64,000 nucleotides of DNA, taken from contig CAWDSK010000005.1 of assembly GCA_963804995.1 (NCBI GenBank), forward strand, positions 608,001-672,000, written 5' to 3'. The number at the start of each line of letters is the position of its first letter. The stretch's first letter is position 1. The notes under the pieces are model-generated. The model did no database searches. It was not told where the DNA came from and was given only the letters and a program-made list of their open reading frames with translations. The DNA is from an uncultured Acidobacteriota bacterium. Its GTDB lineage: Bacteria; Acidobacteriota; Terriglobia; UBA7540. Of the stretch, positions 19,355-29,760 are shown piece after piece. The translations under genes were made by a program, and so were the position numbers.

Positions 19355-20716
19355 ATGAATAAACTCAACTCGTATTATTTAAACCGCCGCGGGATGCTGA
19401 AAGGCTCGGCGGCCGCACTGGGAAGCTCTCTGCTCAGCGGAGAGCCGATGGAAGCTTACCCCAAAGGCGTCAACACAAATTCCAGCCCGTCGGCGCTGAA
19501 AATCACCGACCTTCGCATCGCAGAGGTTATTGATGCTCCTGGTGACTCCCCTATCATCCGCATCGATACCAATCAGGGTGTCTACGGCCTGGGCGAAGTC
19601 CGCGATGAAGCCACTCCCATTTACGCTCTGATGTTGAAGAGCCGGATTCTCGGCGAAAACCCCCTGCAAGTGGACCGAATCTTCCGCAAGATCAAGCAAT
19701 TCGGCGGGCCAGCGCGTCTGGCGGGCGGCGTGTGCGGCATCGAGATGGCCCTGTGGGATATTGCGGGTAAAGTGTACAACGTCCCCGTCTACGTGATGAT
19801 GGGCGGCAAGCTTCGCGACAAGATTCGTATCTACGCGGACACCGAGGAATCCCAGGACCCGAAGACTTATGCGCAGAGAATGAAGGAGCGCAAAGAAGTC
19901 ATGGGCCTGACCTGGCTCAAAATGGACTTGGGAGTCGAATTGGTTTGGGACAAACCCGGTACCGTGACCAGGCGCTCCGGCCTGAGCGAATGGGAAATGA
20001 ATGAGGTCCCTCATCCCCTGCTCGCGATGGAGGTCACCGATAAGGGCATCGCTCTGCTCGAAGAGTATGTGGCGGCGGTGCGCGATGCCGTGGGCATGGA
20101 GATTCCGCTTTCCATGGACCACCTCGGCCACCTCGGCGTCAAGTCGATCATTCGCCTCGGCAAGGCGTACGAGAAGTACAACCTTTCCTGGATCGAAGAC
20201 GTGATTCCCTGGGAGTATACCGACCTGCTCAAACAAATCTCGGACCAGAGCCCCACCCCCATCCTGACGGGCGAGGACATTTACCTGAAGGAGGGTTTCC
20301 GCGTCCTCTGCGAGAATCGTGCCGTCAGCAAGATCCACCCTGACCTCGCGACCTCCGGCGGCATCTTTGAGACCAAGCGAATCGGTGACATGGCATGGGA
20401 TTACGGCGTGCCCATGGCCATGCACTTCGCCGGGACGCCCGTGAGCTGCATGGCAAGCGTCCACTGCGCCGCGGCCACCCTCAATGTCCTGGCGCTCGAA
20501 AACCACTCCCTGGATATTCCCTGGTGGGGCGATCTGGTGGAGGGCGTGGAGAAGCCGATCGTCAATCACGGTTGGATCACCGTACCGGATAAGCCGGGGC
20601 TCGGCATCACGCTCAATGAAGACGCCGTGAGACAACATCTGAAGCCTGGAACCAGTTACTTCGAACCGACCACGCAGTGGGACCACTCAACGGTTGATGA
20701 TCGGGAGTGGAGCTAG
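19355..20716 (+). CDS. Mandelate racemase/enolase-superfamily dehydratase with Tat signal
   Basis: LNRRGMLK; GLGEVRD, EMALWDIAGK, WLKMD, WIED, TGED, PDKPGLG. Confidence 0.92.
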   Translation: MNKLNSYYLNRRGMLKGSAAALGSSLLSGEPMEAYPKGVNTNSSPSALKITDLRIAEVIDAPGDSPIIRIDTNQGVYGLGEVRDEATPIYALMLKSRILGENPLQVDRIFRKIKQFGGPARLAGGVCGIEMALWDIAGKVYNVPVYVMMGGKLRDKIRIYADTEESQDPKTYAQRMKERKEVMGLTWLKMDLGVELVWDKPGTVTRRSGLSEWEMNEVPHPLLAMEVTDKGIALLEEYVAAVRDAVGMEIPLSMDHLGHLGVKSIIRLGKAYEKYNLSWIEDVIPWEYTDLLKQISDQSPTPILTGEDIYLKEGFRVLCENRAVSKIHPDLATSGGIFETKRIGDMAWDYGVPMAMHFAGTPVSCMASVHCAAATLNVLALENHSLDIPWWGDLVEGVEKPIVNHGWITVPDKPGLGITLNEDAVRQHLKPGTSYFEPTTQWDHSTVDDREWS

Positions 20717-20810
20717 TGCTGAGTCGCAGAAGTTAGCGGAATTATTTGTCGGGGGAGGGAAGGGGGGACAGGCGCCGCCCCGCCCTCCCCAGGGATATGA
20801 ATAATGTCGC

Positions 20811-23531
20811 TTATTGTTGAGGCGCCTGCACCGAGAAGAGCAGGCTGGCTGGCGACGAGGGAAGACCCTGATCCACCGTTCGGATCTGCTGCTTGATGCG
20901 CAGAACCTCCTTCAATTCGGCGGCGGACTTTTCCCCTTCCCCGAGCGCCCGGTAGGTGCGGCTAAGGGACTCATGGGCCTCGGCCATATCTGGCCAGATG
21001 CGCACCGCAGCATTAAGATGTCCCAAAGCCGCCTGGTAATCCTTCCTTTCGTAGTCGATCTTGCCGGCGAGTGACTGGATATAGGCGTCGTCGGGATTCA
21101 GCCGGAGAGCCTTATCGATCGCCTGGCGCGCGCCCTCCATATCGGCAGGGTTAATGTCGATATCGGCCATGGCGAGGTTATAGTAGGCCGCAACGTCGTT
21201 GGAGCCCAAGGCCACTGCGGTTTCCAGCAGTGGCTTTGCCTCGGCGAATTTGGCGTGTCCCGAGAGGACAATCCCATTAATTAGATAGGGCTGGCTCCAC
21301 TCCGGCCAACGCGATTCGATTTTGGCGAGCACTTTTCGGGACTCCTCCGGCCAATCCATCAATCCATAGGCAATGGCTTCAGTCAGGAGCAGCTTGGGCT
21401 CATCCGGAATAATGCGCAAGGCCTGTTGTAATAAATCCACCGCGCGTTGATATTGCTCGTGCTTGATGAGAAACAGCGCTGCCTGAAAATAAAGGTCAGG
21501 GCGGGTGGGTGCGGCGCGGAATCCTCGATTCAGGCTTTCCTGGGCTTCCTCCGCCTTGCCCTGTGCGTCCAACATCTGAGCTCGCAGCAGGAAATAATCC
21601 CCGCGCCGCTCACCCGCTGGCGCCTTTTCCAGCTCCGCCAGTCCCACTTCGGGGCCGGAAACATGAAAGACGGCGATGGCGAGGTTGAGGCGTGCGTCAC
21701 TCGCGGAGGCATCAGAAGAGACAGCACGTTCCAGAAACTCGCGGGCAGCATCGTACTGCTCTGCGCCGAGCAGCGCTTTGCCGCATTCGGAGAGAATCTT
21801 CGCGTCCGAGGTGAGCGGCAGGACGTCGCGGAAGACTTCGAGGGCCTCGGGCGTTTTACCTTCTGCCAGTAATTCCTTTGCCAATCGCACGCGAAGGCTC
21901 GCATCGCGCGGATTCGTACGAGTCCGTAATTCGAGGGCGGCCAAATATCGGGCCCTTTGCTGTGCGGGGGCCAGATTGAAGAAATCGAGCAGGCCACCTT
22001 GGGGTCTGCCGCTCAGCGGCTCCGGCCCTAGCTCCTTGATCTGCTGAAGGACGGCAGCAGATTCCTTTTCGCGGCCGGCCCTCGACAGCGCGCGGCCGTA
22101 ATGCATGAGGATCTTGGGATCTTTCGGGGCCAACTGAGCGGCTCGGCTCAGAATATCCAACGCATCCTGGCGGCGACCGAGCTGGAAATAGCACTCACCG
22201 AGCGTGTCCAGGGCGGCAAAATTCTCGGGCTCACGCGTCCGGACCAGCTCCAGATCTTCCACCGCCTGGGAAAATTTCCCTGCCCGGAAATTCAGCACGG
22301 CGCGTGCGTAGCGCGCTCCCTCAAAATTAGGGTCAATTTCGATTGCTCGGCTGAATTGCTGGAGGGCCCGATCGGGTTCGTGGGTCGTCTCAGCTATGCC
22401 CAGCTCGTACAGGCCGCGCGTGGCCTGGGGATGCTCTTGCACGTAGCGGCGGAGGTCGGGGACCGCCTCGTCCAGTTTGCCCGTGCACGCCAACGCGAAG
22501 GCGTGCTCCCGCCGGGCAACCTCGTCCCTCGGCTTGAGCTGCAAGTACTGTTCGAGCGCCGCGGCAGTGTCCGCGTAAAAGCCCAGCTTCTCAGCCGTTT
22601 GGGCAATCAAAAGTAAAATGTCCGGGCGCTCAGGGGCCAGGTGTTGAGCCTGCACCAGCAGGTCCATGGCCTGCTCGGCATGTCCTTGCTGGGAGCGAAG
22701 GCTCGCCAGGTTGTAGATGGTATCCACATCCTCAGGCCGTTGCTTGAGTGCTACCGCAAACACTTCTTGCGCGCGCTGTGGATGGCCGGCCCGCATCGCC
22801 GCCAACCCCAGGTTGTAAAGGATATCGAAATTCGCCGGCTCGGCCTCCAGGGCTTGTTTGAACACTCGTTCCGCATCCTCGTATCGCTTCCAACTCGCGT
22901 ACAGCATACCGATGGAGAATGCCACGCGGGCGTCGCCCGGAGTCTCTTTCGCCAGCGCCGCGAGCACGTTCACAGCCTCCGCGCGCTTTCCCTGAAGATC
23001 CAGCGCCTGGGCGCGCAAAAACCGGGCAGCGGGAGCAGCCTGCTCCTGGAGCGGAAGATGGCCCAGATAAGCCAGGGCCTGCGAGCCCTGCTTTTGCGCC
23101 ACGCTCATCCGCGCCAGTTGCAGGTTGGCGTTGGGATGGTCGGCCTTGAGGGCGACCACGCGCACGAAAGCGGCCCGAGCGCGTTCCACGTCCCCTCGCG
23201 CCAGATAGTGGTTGCCCAGATTATTGAGCGAAGATACCGAATGCGGGTCTATTTGCAGCGCTTGATTGTAATAACGCTCCGCCTCGTCGTAACGCTGCTG
23301 GGCGTCGAGGATCACCCCCATCAATCCCAGGGCGCGTACGTCATTAGGATGCGCGCGGAGAGCGGGCTGCAGCACCTTCTCGGCCTCTGCCGATTCGCCT
23401 TTTCCAAGAGAGTTCAGCGCTTGTTCAAATACGGAGGTGGGAATCTGGTCTTGAGCGATGACAGGCGGGCCGAGCGATATCCCCAGCGCGACTACCGGCA
23501 GAAGAATCAGCCTGAGAGCCATGACGGCCAT
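20811..23531 (-). CDS. Large exported TPR-repeat protein
   Basis: Many TPR units; signal-like MALRLILLPVVALGISLG; alternative start at 23720. Confidence 0.88.
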   Translation of the reverse strand: MAVMALRLILLPVVALGISLGPPVIAQDQIPTSVFEQALNSLGKGESAEAEKVLQPALRAHPNDVRALGLMGVILDAQQRYDEAERYYNQALQIDPHSVSSLNNLGNHYLARGDVERARAAFVRVVALKADHPNANLQLARMSVAQKQGSQALAYLGHLPLQEQAAPAARFLRAQALDLQGKRAEAVNVLAALAKETPGDARVAFSIGMLYASWKRYEDAERVFKQALEAEPANFDILYNLGLAAMRAGHPQRAQEVFAVALKQRPEDVDTIYNLASLRSQQGHAEQAMDLLVQAQHLAPERPDILLLIAQTAEKLGFYADTAAALEQYLQLKPRDEVARREHAFALACTGKLDEAVPDLRRYVQEHPQATRGLYELGIAETTHEPDRALQQFSRAIEIDPNFEGARYARAVLNFRAGKFSQAVEDLELVRTREPENFAALDTLGECYFQLGRRQDALDILSRAAQLAPKDPKILMHYGRALSRAGREKESAAVLQQIKELGPEPLSGRPQGGLLDFFNLAPAQQRARYLAALELRTRTNPRDASLRVRLAKELLAEGKTPEALEVFRDVLPLTSDAKILSECGKALLGAEQYDAAREFLERAVSSDASASDARLNLAIAVFHVSGPEVGLAELEKAPAGERRGDYFLLRAQMLDAQGKAEEAQESLNRGFRAAPTRPDLYFQAALFLIKHEQYQRAVDLLQQALRIIPDEPKLLLTEAIAYGLMDWPEESRKVLAKIESRWPEWSQPYLINGIVLSGHAKFAEAKPLLETAVALGSNDVAAYYNLAMADIDINPADMEGARQAIDKALRLNPDDAYIQSLAGKIDYERKDYQAALGHLNAAVRIWPDMAEAHESLSRTYRALGEGEKSAAELKEVLRIKQQIRTVDQGLPSSPASLLFSVQAPQQ

Positions 23532-23724
23532 GGGCGCAAGCGCTTTCTGCGGTGGGGATGGCAACAGAGCATCCGGGTAACGGTCACCCTGGTCCGTAAA
23601 CAACACCGCCGGGGCGCTACAGCATATCACGCTGGCGCCCCGGGTTGCGAGATCGACACAGCCTCTCTTTCTCCTCAGTAGTCCTCTCAGCACGGGCCTG
23701 CCGTTCGCCCGGGAGGCCATGGTC

Positions 23725-26700
23725 TTACCAATAGAACTTGAGTGCCAATTGCACCTCGCGCGGGCTGTTGGCCTGACTGCTGACCACGCCGAAATTCCCC
23801 GAATTGACTTGGGCGTTGGGCGCGGCAAACTGCGGATGATTGAGGGCGTTGAAGCTCTCCAGCCGAAACTCGGCCCTCATCCCCTCTCGTACCTTCGAGA
23901 GCGCTATTTCCTTGAACAAGGAGAGCGAACCGTTGCGAGTACCGGGAGCCCGGACGTTGGGAAGCGACGAGGGGGCTGTCCCAATCGTGAACGGAGGAGG
24001 CGTAACAGCGACCTCAGGGTTGGTGAAGTAGCCGCCTGTAAACCATGCAGACCGGTCGTTATTGCGTTTGAGCGGCGCGAGCAGGTTCGGCTGCTGACTG
24101 CCATAAGTGGGAAGCGAGGTCCCGCCAGAGAGTGTCATATAAATGGGTTGACCGTTGTCAAATCGCCAGACGCCGTTGGTCTGCCAGCCTCCCAGCACCC
24201 CATTCACCCACTTATTCCAATTCCCGCCCCAGCGTTTCCCGTGACCCACGGGTAGTTCATAGACGTAAATGACATTTAACACCTGCGGGATATCGAATTG
24301 GGAAAGTCCCCGCTCCAGCTTGAGGTTATTGGGATCCTGAAGGTGAGTGTGCCCACCCGTATAGGTGACGTTGCCGCCCTGCACGGAAGCGTTGTCGATG
24401 GACTTCGAAATGGTGTAATTAACCAGAAATTGCAGCCCATGAGAGAAACGTTTCTCGAATTTAAACTGCGCGGCGTGGTAGATGGAATTCGCCCAGGGTG
24501 GTTCTATGACGCTCGTGCCGCTGAACTGGGGGTGCGGGACTAAGAGAGACGACTGCTGGACATTGGGAGCCGATAGCGGACTGTTCGGATCAGTGATAAT
24601 CCCGTAGAACGGGTTGGGCACTGACGAATTCAGTGCCGAGATCTGGCCGGGGGTGGCACTCTCAACCGAGGGCCCGAGGTAATTGAGGTTGCCATACCCG
24701 CCGAAGAAAAGATGCGTGCCTTTCGTCCCTACGTAGTTGGCGTCGAAAAGGATGTTCCCAGGCAACTCGCGTTGGATTCCCAAGCTCCAGGTTTGCGTAT
24801 AGGGTACGGTATTCCAGGTTCGGATGGCGCCGGTTGCCGTCTCGCCGAGCTGCGTCAGCGGTCCGAGTGAACTTCCCGTCGGTAGATTCGGACCGCCACT
24901 GGGCCAGGGGTTGCTGATACGTCCATAGGGGGTAGCTTGGTCGTTTTGGTAGCTGGTAAACCAGTTGGTAAGGGCGATGAACCCATCAAATCCGTAATTC
25001 ACGTCGCCGGTAGGCCCGAAATCGAAGGTGTTGTAAAAGATGCCGTAGCCCGCGCGCAGTACAGTATTGGGCGCAAAGCGGTAGGCCAAGCCGAGACGCG
25101 GCCCAATCTCCTTGGTATAAAGGTTGGCAATCGAGCGGTTGCTGGGGGTTACAAACACTTCTCCGCCCTTCAGGTCGGGCATGCCGGGCACTTGGAGAGG
25201 CGATGATAGATTGGGATCAAAATACTCCTGCCGGTTATGCCGCTCCGTGCGCGGAAATTCCAGGTCGTAGCGGATCCCCAGGTTGAGGGTGAGCTTGGGG
25301 CTGACGTGCCAATTGTCCTGGACATAGGCGGCATAAGAGAAGCCCTGAGTGACGGGTCGTATGGGCACCTCATATTGACCCCAGGCGCCATAGGAGGTGC
25401 CGGTCAGGAAGGTGGCCATGGCGTCACCACCAATGGGACCGTTGTCCGTTTGCTGCCCCGTCTGGGGGAAGTCGAAGCCGAAAACACCCCCAGGGGTGCC
25501 GGGTTCGAAGTAGTAGTTGCGCTCCATGCGCATTTCGCCGCCAAACTTGAACTCATGGCGACCCTGCATGCAATCGAGGCTGCCCAGCAAGTCGTGGGTT
25601 TCGTGCCGGACGTGCGCAATCCCCCAACCTTGCTCACCAATGCTATTCCCGCCGGCCACAGCGTATCCGCCGTAGATGTTGATGTCCGGCAGGGCCTTTA
25701 TTCCGCTCAACTCCATGTACGCCGGCTCACCGAGGTCCTTGACCGGGTCGAAGTTAGGGTAATCTCCGAGGACGCCCGGGTTGGCAAAACCACCGCGCAC
25801 CCACCCGTAGGACAGAGTCAACACCGTGGTCGGACTGAAGGAATGACTCGCGTTCACGACAGCGGTGATCCCGATGCCAGTTCCCGCCCCGTCCGAGCAA
25901 GGGTCCAAGGCGTTGCCGAAGCAGTTGGGGGCGTGCCCTGACGAGGGGCTATCCGAAAATCGGGCGGTCAGTTGCGTCCGCTCGCTCAGGTGGTGGTCAA
26001 TGCGGATATCGAACTGGTCTCCTCTGCTCCGGCTCGCGCCGCTTCCTTGAAAGTTGAGGTAAGGGTTGTAGGCGGCAGTGCCGACATTGTAATTGGGCGT
26101 CGGGAAGTACTGCATAATCTTAAAGGCCACGGGATCGATCAAGTTGCCAGGCATCGCCGGGATTTGGAAAGGCGTCCCCGCCAGCTTGGGGCTCCCGCCG
26201 CTTTGATAAGCCGCCATGTTATTGAAAGGAACGTAGGCGGTCTTGACTGACCCGCCCAGGTTCGGGTCGTAAGTCCCGGTATAAGGGTCCCAGACCTGGC
26301 CGTTGGGATCGGAGCACATCCCATTGCCGTCGAAAGTTCCGCCCGCGGCGCCGCACAGCTCGCCAAAGTCACCCTGCCGCTCGGCAGCGCTGGGAACTCC
26401 TGCGCTGAACGCCTGCAATTTCCGCACGCGCGAGCCTTCGTAGTCCACGAAGAAAAACGTCTTGTCCTTCCGAATGGGCCCGCCCACCGTGAAGCCAAAA
26501 TCGTTGTACCGCAGCGGGGGAAGCTTGCCTCCGCTGGCGTTGCTAAACCAGTTGTTGGAGTCAAAAATCTGGTTGCGGACGAATTCGTATGCTGAACCAT
26601 GTAATTTATTGGTGCCCGAGCGCAGCACGACGTTCAGGACCGTCCCCCCGCTGAAGCCAATGTCGGCGCTGAAGTTGTTCTGCTGGACCTTAAACTCCTG

Positions 26701-27426
26701 CACGGCATCAATGGAGGGCGTATATTGCACTTCGCGGAGCTGGCTATCGTCGGAGTGGGTCGTTACGGTGACGCCATCCACCAACACATCGGCGGTCATG
26801 TTGCGGCTGCCGTTCGAGGTAAAGTTATTGTTGTTCACCTGATCTGCAAAGGCGCCCCCGGCGGTGGGGTTGATGCCCGGGGCAAGGAATGCCAGGTCAA
26901 ACACCCCGCGGCCGATCAAAGGCAGGTCGTTGATGAATTTCCTGTCCACCTCCTGCCCGGTGACCGCATCCTGTGTGGCCAGGAGCGGGGCGGCGCCCCT
27001 CACTTCCACCGTCTGGGTCGTGGTCCCTATTTCCAGATGCACATCCACGGTCCCGGCTTGCTTGACATCTAACGTAATCCCGCCCTGCTCGTAGGTCTTG
27101 AAGCCCCGCGCTTCGACCGCCAATCGGTAGGTGCTGGGGGGAAGGTTGCGAAGCAGATAGCGGCCCGTGGCGTCGGTCGTGGCATTGTAAACGAATCCCT
27201 TGTCCACGTCCGTCAAAGTCGCCTTGGCGCCTGGGACAGTCCCCCCGGAAGGGTCGGTGATAACGCCGGTAAGCGAGGCGTTATAAACCTGCGCCCAAGC
27301 GCACCCCCCACCCAGGGTTAAGATCAACATCATGGACAACATAAGAGCCGACCAAGTCGAATGAGCCTCATGCGCTGTCCACGCATCTCGGCGTCCCAGA
27401 CCAAATGAAGAAGATGATTGCCTCAT
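23725..27426 (-). CDS. TonB-dependent receptor, Oar-like, with N-terminal carboxypeptidase-regulatory-like domain
   Basis: LTGVITDPSGGTVPGA, AVQEFKV, SGTNKLHGSAYEF, LTLNLGIRYD and C-terminal PREVQLALKFYW. Confidence 0.95.
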   Translation of the reverse strand: MRQSSSSFGLGRRDAWTAHEAHSTWSALMLSMMLILTLGGGCAWAQVYNASLTGVITDPSGGTVPGAKATLTDVDKGFVYNATTDATGRYLLRNLPPSTYRLAVEARGFKTYEQGGITLDVKQAGTVDVHLEIGTTTQTVEVRGAAPLLATQDAVTGQEVDRKFINDLPLIGRGVFDLAFLAPGINPTAGGAFADQVNNNNFTSNGSRNMTADVLVDGVTVTTHSDDSQLREVQYTPSIDAVQEFKVQQNNFSADIGFSGGTVLNVVLRSGTNKLHGSAYEFVRNQIFDSNNWFSNASGGKLPPLRYNDFGFTVGGPIRKDKTFFFVDYEGSRVRKLQAFSAGVPSAAERQGDFGELCGAAGGTFDGNGMCSDPNGQVWDPYTGTYDPNLGGSVKTAYVPFNNMAAYQSGGSPKLAGTPFQIPAMPGNLIDPVAFKIMQYFPTPNYNVGTAAYNPYLNFQGSGASRSRGDQFDIRIDHHLSERTQLTARFSDSPSSGHAPNCFGNALDPCSDGAGTGIGITAVVNASHSFSPTTVLTLSYGWVRGGFANPGVLGDYPNFDPVKDLGEPAYMELSGIKALPDINIYGGYAVAGGNSIGEQGWGIAHVRHETHDLLGSLDCMQGRHEFKFGGEMRMERNYYFEPGTPGGVFGFDFPQTGQQTDNGPIGGDAMATFLTGTSYGAWGQYEVPIRPVTQGFSYAAYVQDNWHVSPKLTLNLGIRYDLEFPRTERHNRQEYFDPNLSSPLQVPGMPDLKGGEVFVTPSNRSIANLYTKEIGPRLGLAYRFAPNTVLRAGYGIFYNTFDFGPTGDVNYGFDGFIALTNWFTSYQNDQATPYGRISNPWPSGGPNLPTGSSLGPLTQLGETATGAIRTWNTVPYTQTWSLGIQRELPGNILFDANYVGTKGTHLFFGGYGNLNYLGPSVESATPGQISALNSSVPNPFYGIITDPNSPLSAPNVQQSSLLVPHPQFSGTSVIEPPWANSIYHAAQFKFEKRFSHGLQFLVNYTISKSIDNASVQGGNVTYTGGHTHLQDPNNLKLERGLSQFDIPQVLNVIYVYELPVGHGKRWGGNWNKWVNGVLGGWQTNGVWRFDNGQPIYMTLSGGTSLPTYGSQQPNLLAPLKRNNDRSAWFTGGYFTNPEVAVTPPPFTIGTAPSSLPNVRAPGTRNGSLSLFKEIALSKVREGMRAEFRLESFNALNHPQFAAPNAQVNSGNFGVVSSQANSPREVQLALKFYW

Positions 27427-27592
27427 GGGTTCCTCCAGGCGTGATATTCCGGCAGGCACACACTAATACTCCCACACTTGACCGCAGCAGTTACCAGATA
27501 AGAGTGATGTTGTCAAGCCGTATATTGCGTGGTGATAATTCGCGTCGTGAGTTTTGACCTTTCTCTTGGCGAAGGGCCTTCCAGCCGCCGTT

Positions 27593-29536
27593 CTACAGCG
27601 CTTTGGCGCGAGCAAACTCCTGCTGGGCTTTTTCATCTTGTCCCAAGGCTTCGTAGGCTCGACCCAAATGATAATGGGCTTTCGCCATCCTTGGATTGAT
27701 GGCCACGGCCCGTTCAAGTTCTTGCGTGGCATCCTGCGGACGGTTGAGGTAAAGATAAAGTTCTCCCAGGGCCTCGTGCGCTTCCGCATAGTCGGGAAGG
27801 ACCTTGATGGCTTGCTGAAAAGCCTGAAGGGCGGACTGCGGCTGCTTGCGGCGGGTATACACGACTCCCAGATTGAAGGCCGCCGCGAAGTTTGCCGGGT
27901 CAAGTTCAAGCACATGGTGAAAGGCCTGCTCAGCGCCTTCCAGGTCTCCGGTCTCCAATTGCGAAAGCCCCAGGTAGTAGGCGGCTACTGAGTTCTTGGG
28001 GTCGAGCTCGAGGACGGACTGGTAATACGCGGCGGCGTGGGGGAAGTCATTCAGGTGATAGTAATCACCCGCCATCAGAAAGCGTATGATGCGCGAATGG
28101 AGCTCTGTCTTTTCCGCCAGTTGGAGTTTCAGAAGCGACTCCGCGTAATGTCCTTCCTCCTCGTCGGTGAGGGCTGCGGATACCAGCTCATAAATCTGGA
28201 TGCGGTCCTTGGGGTCGGGCAGCGCGTTTCCGCCCGCGTCCGTGATGGTCCCCGCGGACACGGCCACGTATCCCAGAGAGCGGAGGCTCTCCAGAAGCGC
28301 GGGATCGGTGGGGGCATTGGCGGTTGCAGCAGCGCCGGCGGCTGGCGTGTAGGGGCTGAGCAGCGCGCGCAGGCGGTTGCTCATTTCCTGCGCCACCGTT
28401 TGCTGAGTGGGGAAGAGGTTTTTTAATTCCTTGGGGTCAGTGCGCGTGTCGTAGAGCTCCGGACGTGTGGTCTCGATATATTTCCACCCGCGCCACTCGA
28501 GGCTGCGCAGCAAGTTCCAGCCAAAATGCAGCAAGGGAGGATAGCTCTCCGCATAGAGGTTCGACGAGCTTTCCACCCTGCGGCCCTCAACCAAGCTCAG
28601 CAGGCTTCGTCCTTGTACGCTCGTGGGGATGGGAATTCTGAGTGCCTGCAAAACCGTGGGCATCACATCCACCAGCGAGACCTCGTCAGCAACCACCCGC
28701 GGAGCGGCGCCCGGGACTTTAATGATACAGGCTATATGCAGGGTGGCATTATAGACGAAGAAACCATGCGTTTTCTCGCCATGTTCCCCCAGACTCTCAC
28801 CATGATCGCTGACCAGCACCACCAGCGACTTCTCCAGGCGCCCCTGCTCGGTCAGCGCGGCCATAAGACGCCCGACCTGGGCGTCGGCAAAGGCGATTTC
28901 CCCGTCATAGGGACGGCCTCGATAACGCCCCGCATAAGGCTCGGGAGGGCGGTACGGAGCGTGCGGGTCGTAAAGGTGAACCCACAGAAACACGGGCTGG
29001 GGCGGACGGTGCATCAACCACTTCTGCGCCTCATCCACCACCTGGTCGCCGCGGCGCTTCAGGGCGTCCAGGTGCACTTCTTCCTTGCCCCCCAGCTCGA
29101 AATGATCGAAATAAGTATCAAAGCCCTGGTTCAGTCCGAAGCGTGAGTCCAGCACGGGCGCGCCAATGAAGGCTGCCGTCGAATAGCCGTGGTCGTGCAG
29201 AACTCTGGCCAGCGTGGCGGTCCCCGGGGGAACTCGATTGCCCGTGAAATCGTGGACGCCGGTCGCGAGCGGGAACGCGCCGGTCAGGAGCGAGGTGTGC
29301 GCCGGCAAGGTGATGGGAACCGGCGTAAAGGCTTGGGTAAATCGCGCGCCCGCCTCTGCCAGGTGGTCGATATGGGGAGTCTGGATTGAGGGGTAGCCGT
29401 AGCACCCCAGGTGATCGGGACGTAGCGTATCGATGGTAATCAGGACAACATCGTAGGCAGGCCGGTCCGCCGCTGCACAGGGAGAGCCCAGCAGGAGCAG
29501 AGCAAAGATCGCCCCTAGGTGCTTGCTCGGAAACAT
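27593..29536 (-). CDS. Sulfatase-like (alkaline phosphatase superfamily) hydrolase with C-terminal TPRs
   Basis: LITIDTLRPD, PITLPAHTS, LYDPH, SDHGE; TPR tail; signal peptide. Confidence 0.9.
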   Translation of the reverse strand: MFPSKHLGAIFALLLLGSPCAAADRPAYDVVLITIDTLRPDHLGCYGYPSIQTPHIDHLAEAGARFTQAFTPVPITLPAHTSLLTGAFPLATGVHDFTGNRVPPGTATLARVLHDHGYSTAAFIGAPVLDSRFGLNQGFDTYFDHFELGGKEEVHLDALKRRGDQVVDEAQKWLMHRPPQPVFLWVHLYDPHAPYRPPEPYAGRYRGRPYDGEIAFADAQVGRLMAALTEQGRLEKSLVVLVSDHGESLGEHGEKTHGFFVYNATLHIACIIKVPGAAPRVVADEVSLVDVMPTVLQALRIPIPTSVQGRSLLSLVEGRRVESSSNLYAESYPPLLHFGWNLLRSLEWRGWKYIETTRPELYDTRTDPKELKNLFPTQQTVAQEMSNRLRALLSPYTPAAGAAATANAPTDPALLESLRSLGYVAVSAGTITDAGGNALPDPKDRIQIYELVSAALTDEEEGHYAESLLKLQLAEKTELHSRIIRFLMAGDYYHLNDFPHAAAYYQSVLELDPKNSVAAYYLGLSQLETGDLEGAEQAFHHVLELDPANFAAAFNLGVVYTRRKQPQSALQAFQQAIKVLPDYAEAHEALGELYLYLNRPQDATQELERAVAINPRMAKAHYHLGRAYEALGQDEKAQQEFARAKAL

Positions 29537-29760
29537 TCCAGAAATTCTTGCGCTCCTCAATCCGCTACGAGCCGCAACCGCTTTGCGCCGCCTATTCCAG
29601 CAGAGAGAATAGTGCAGGACGATGCCCTGCCGCAACCCAACTTGATCCCTGCGTTGTGACACCCTCCCCGGCGTCCCCAATGTCGTCTGCCGGGAGGCGG
29701 TGTAGGTCCTGCCCCGGCGTATTGTGGTGGTAGGATACAACCCTCATAGGAGGTGAGCCC

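Noticed and set aside
19379..20686. 435-aa antisense ORF opposite the enolase-superfamily gene
   Set aside because: Shadow ORF expected from high-GC codon bias; no motifs
27488..27516. Promoter upstream of the TBDR
   Set aside because: TTGACA is present but the 17-bp-spaced -10 (TAACTG) is poor; not enough support
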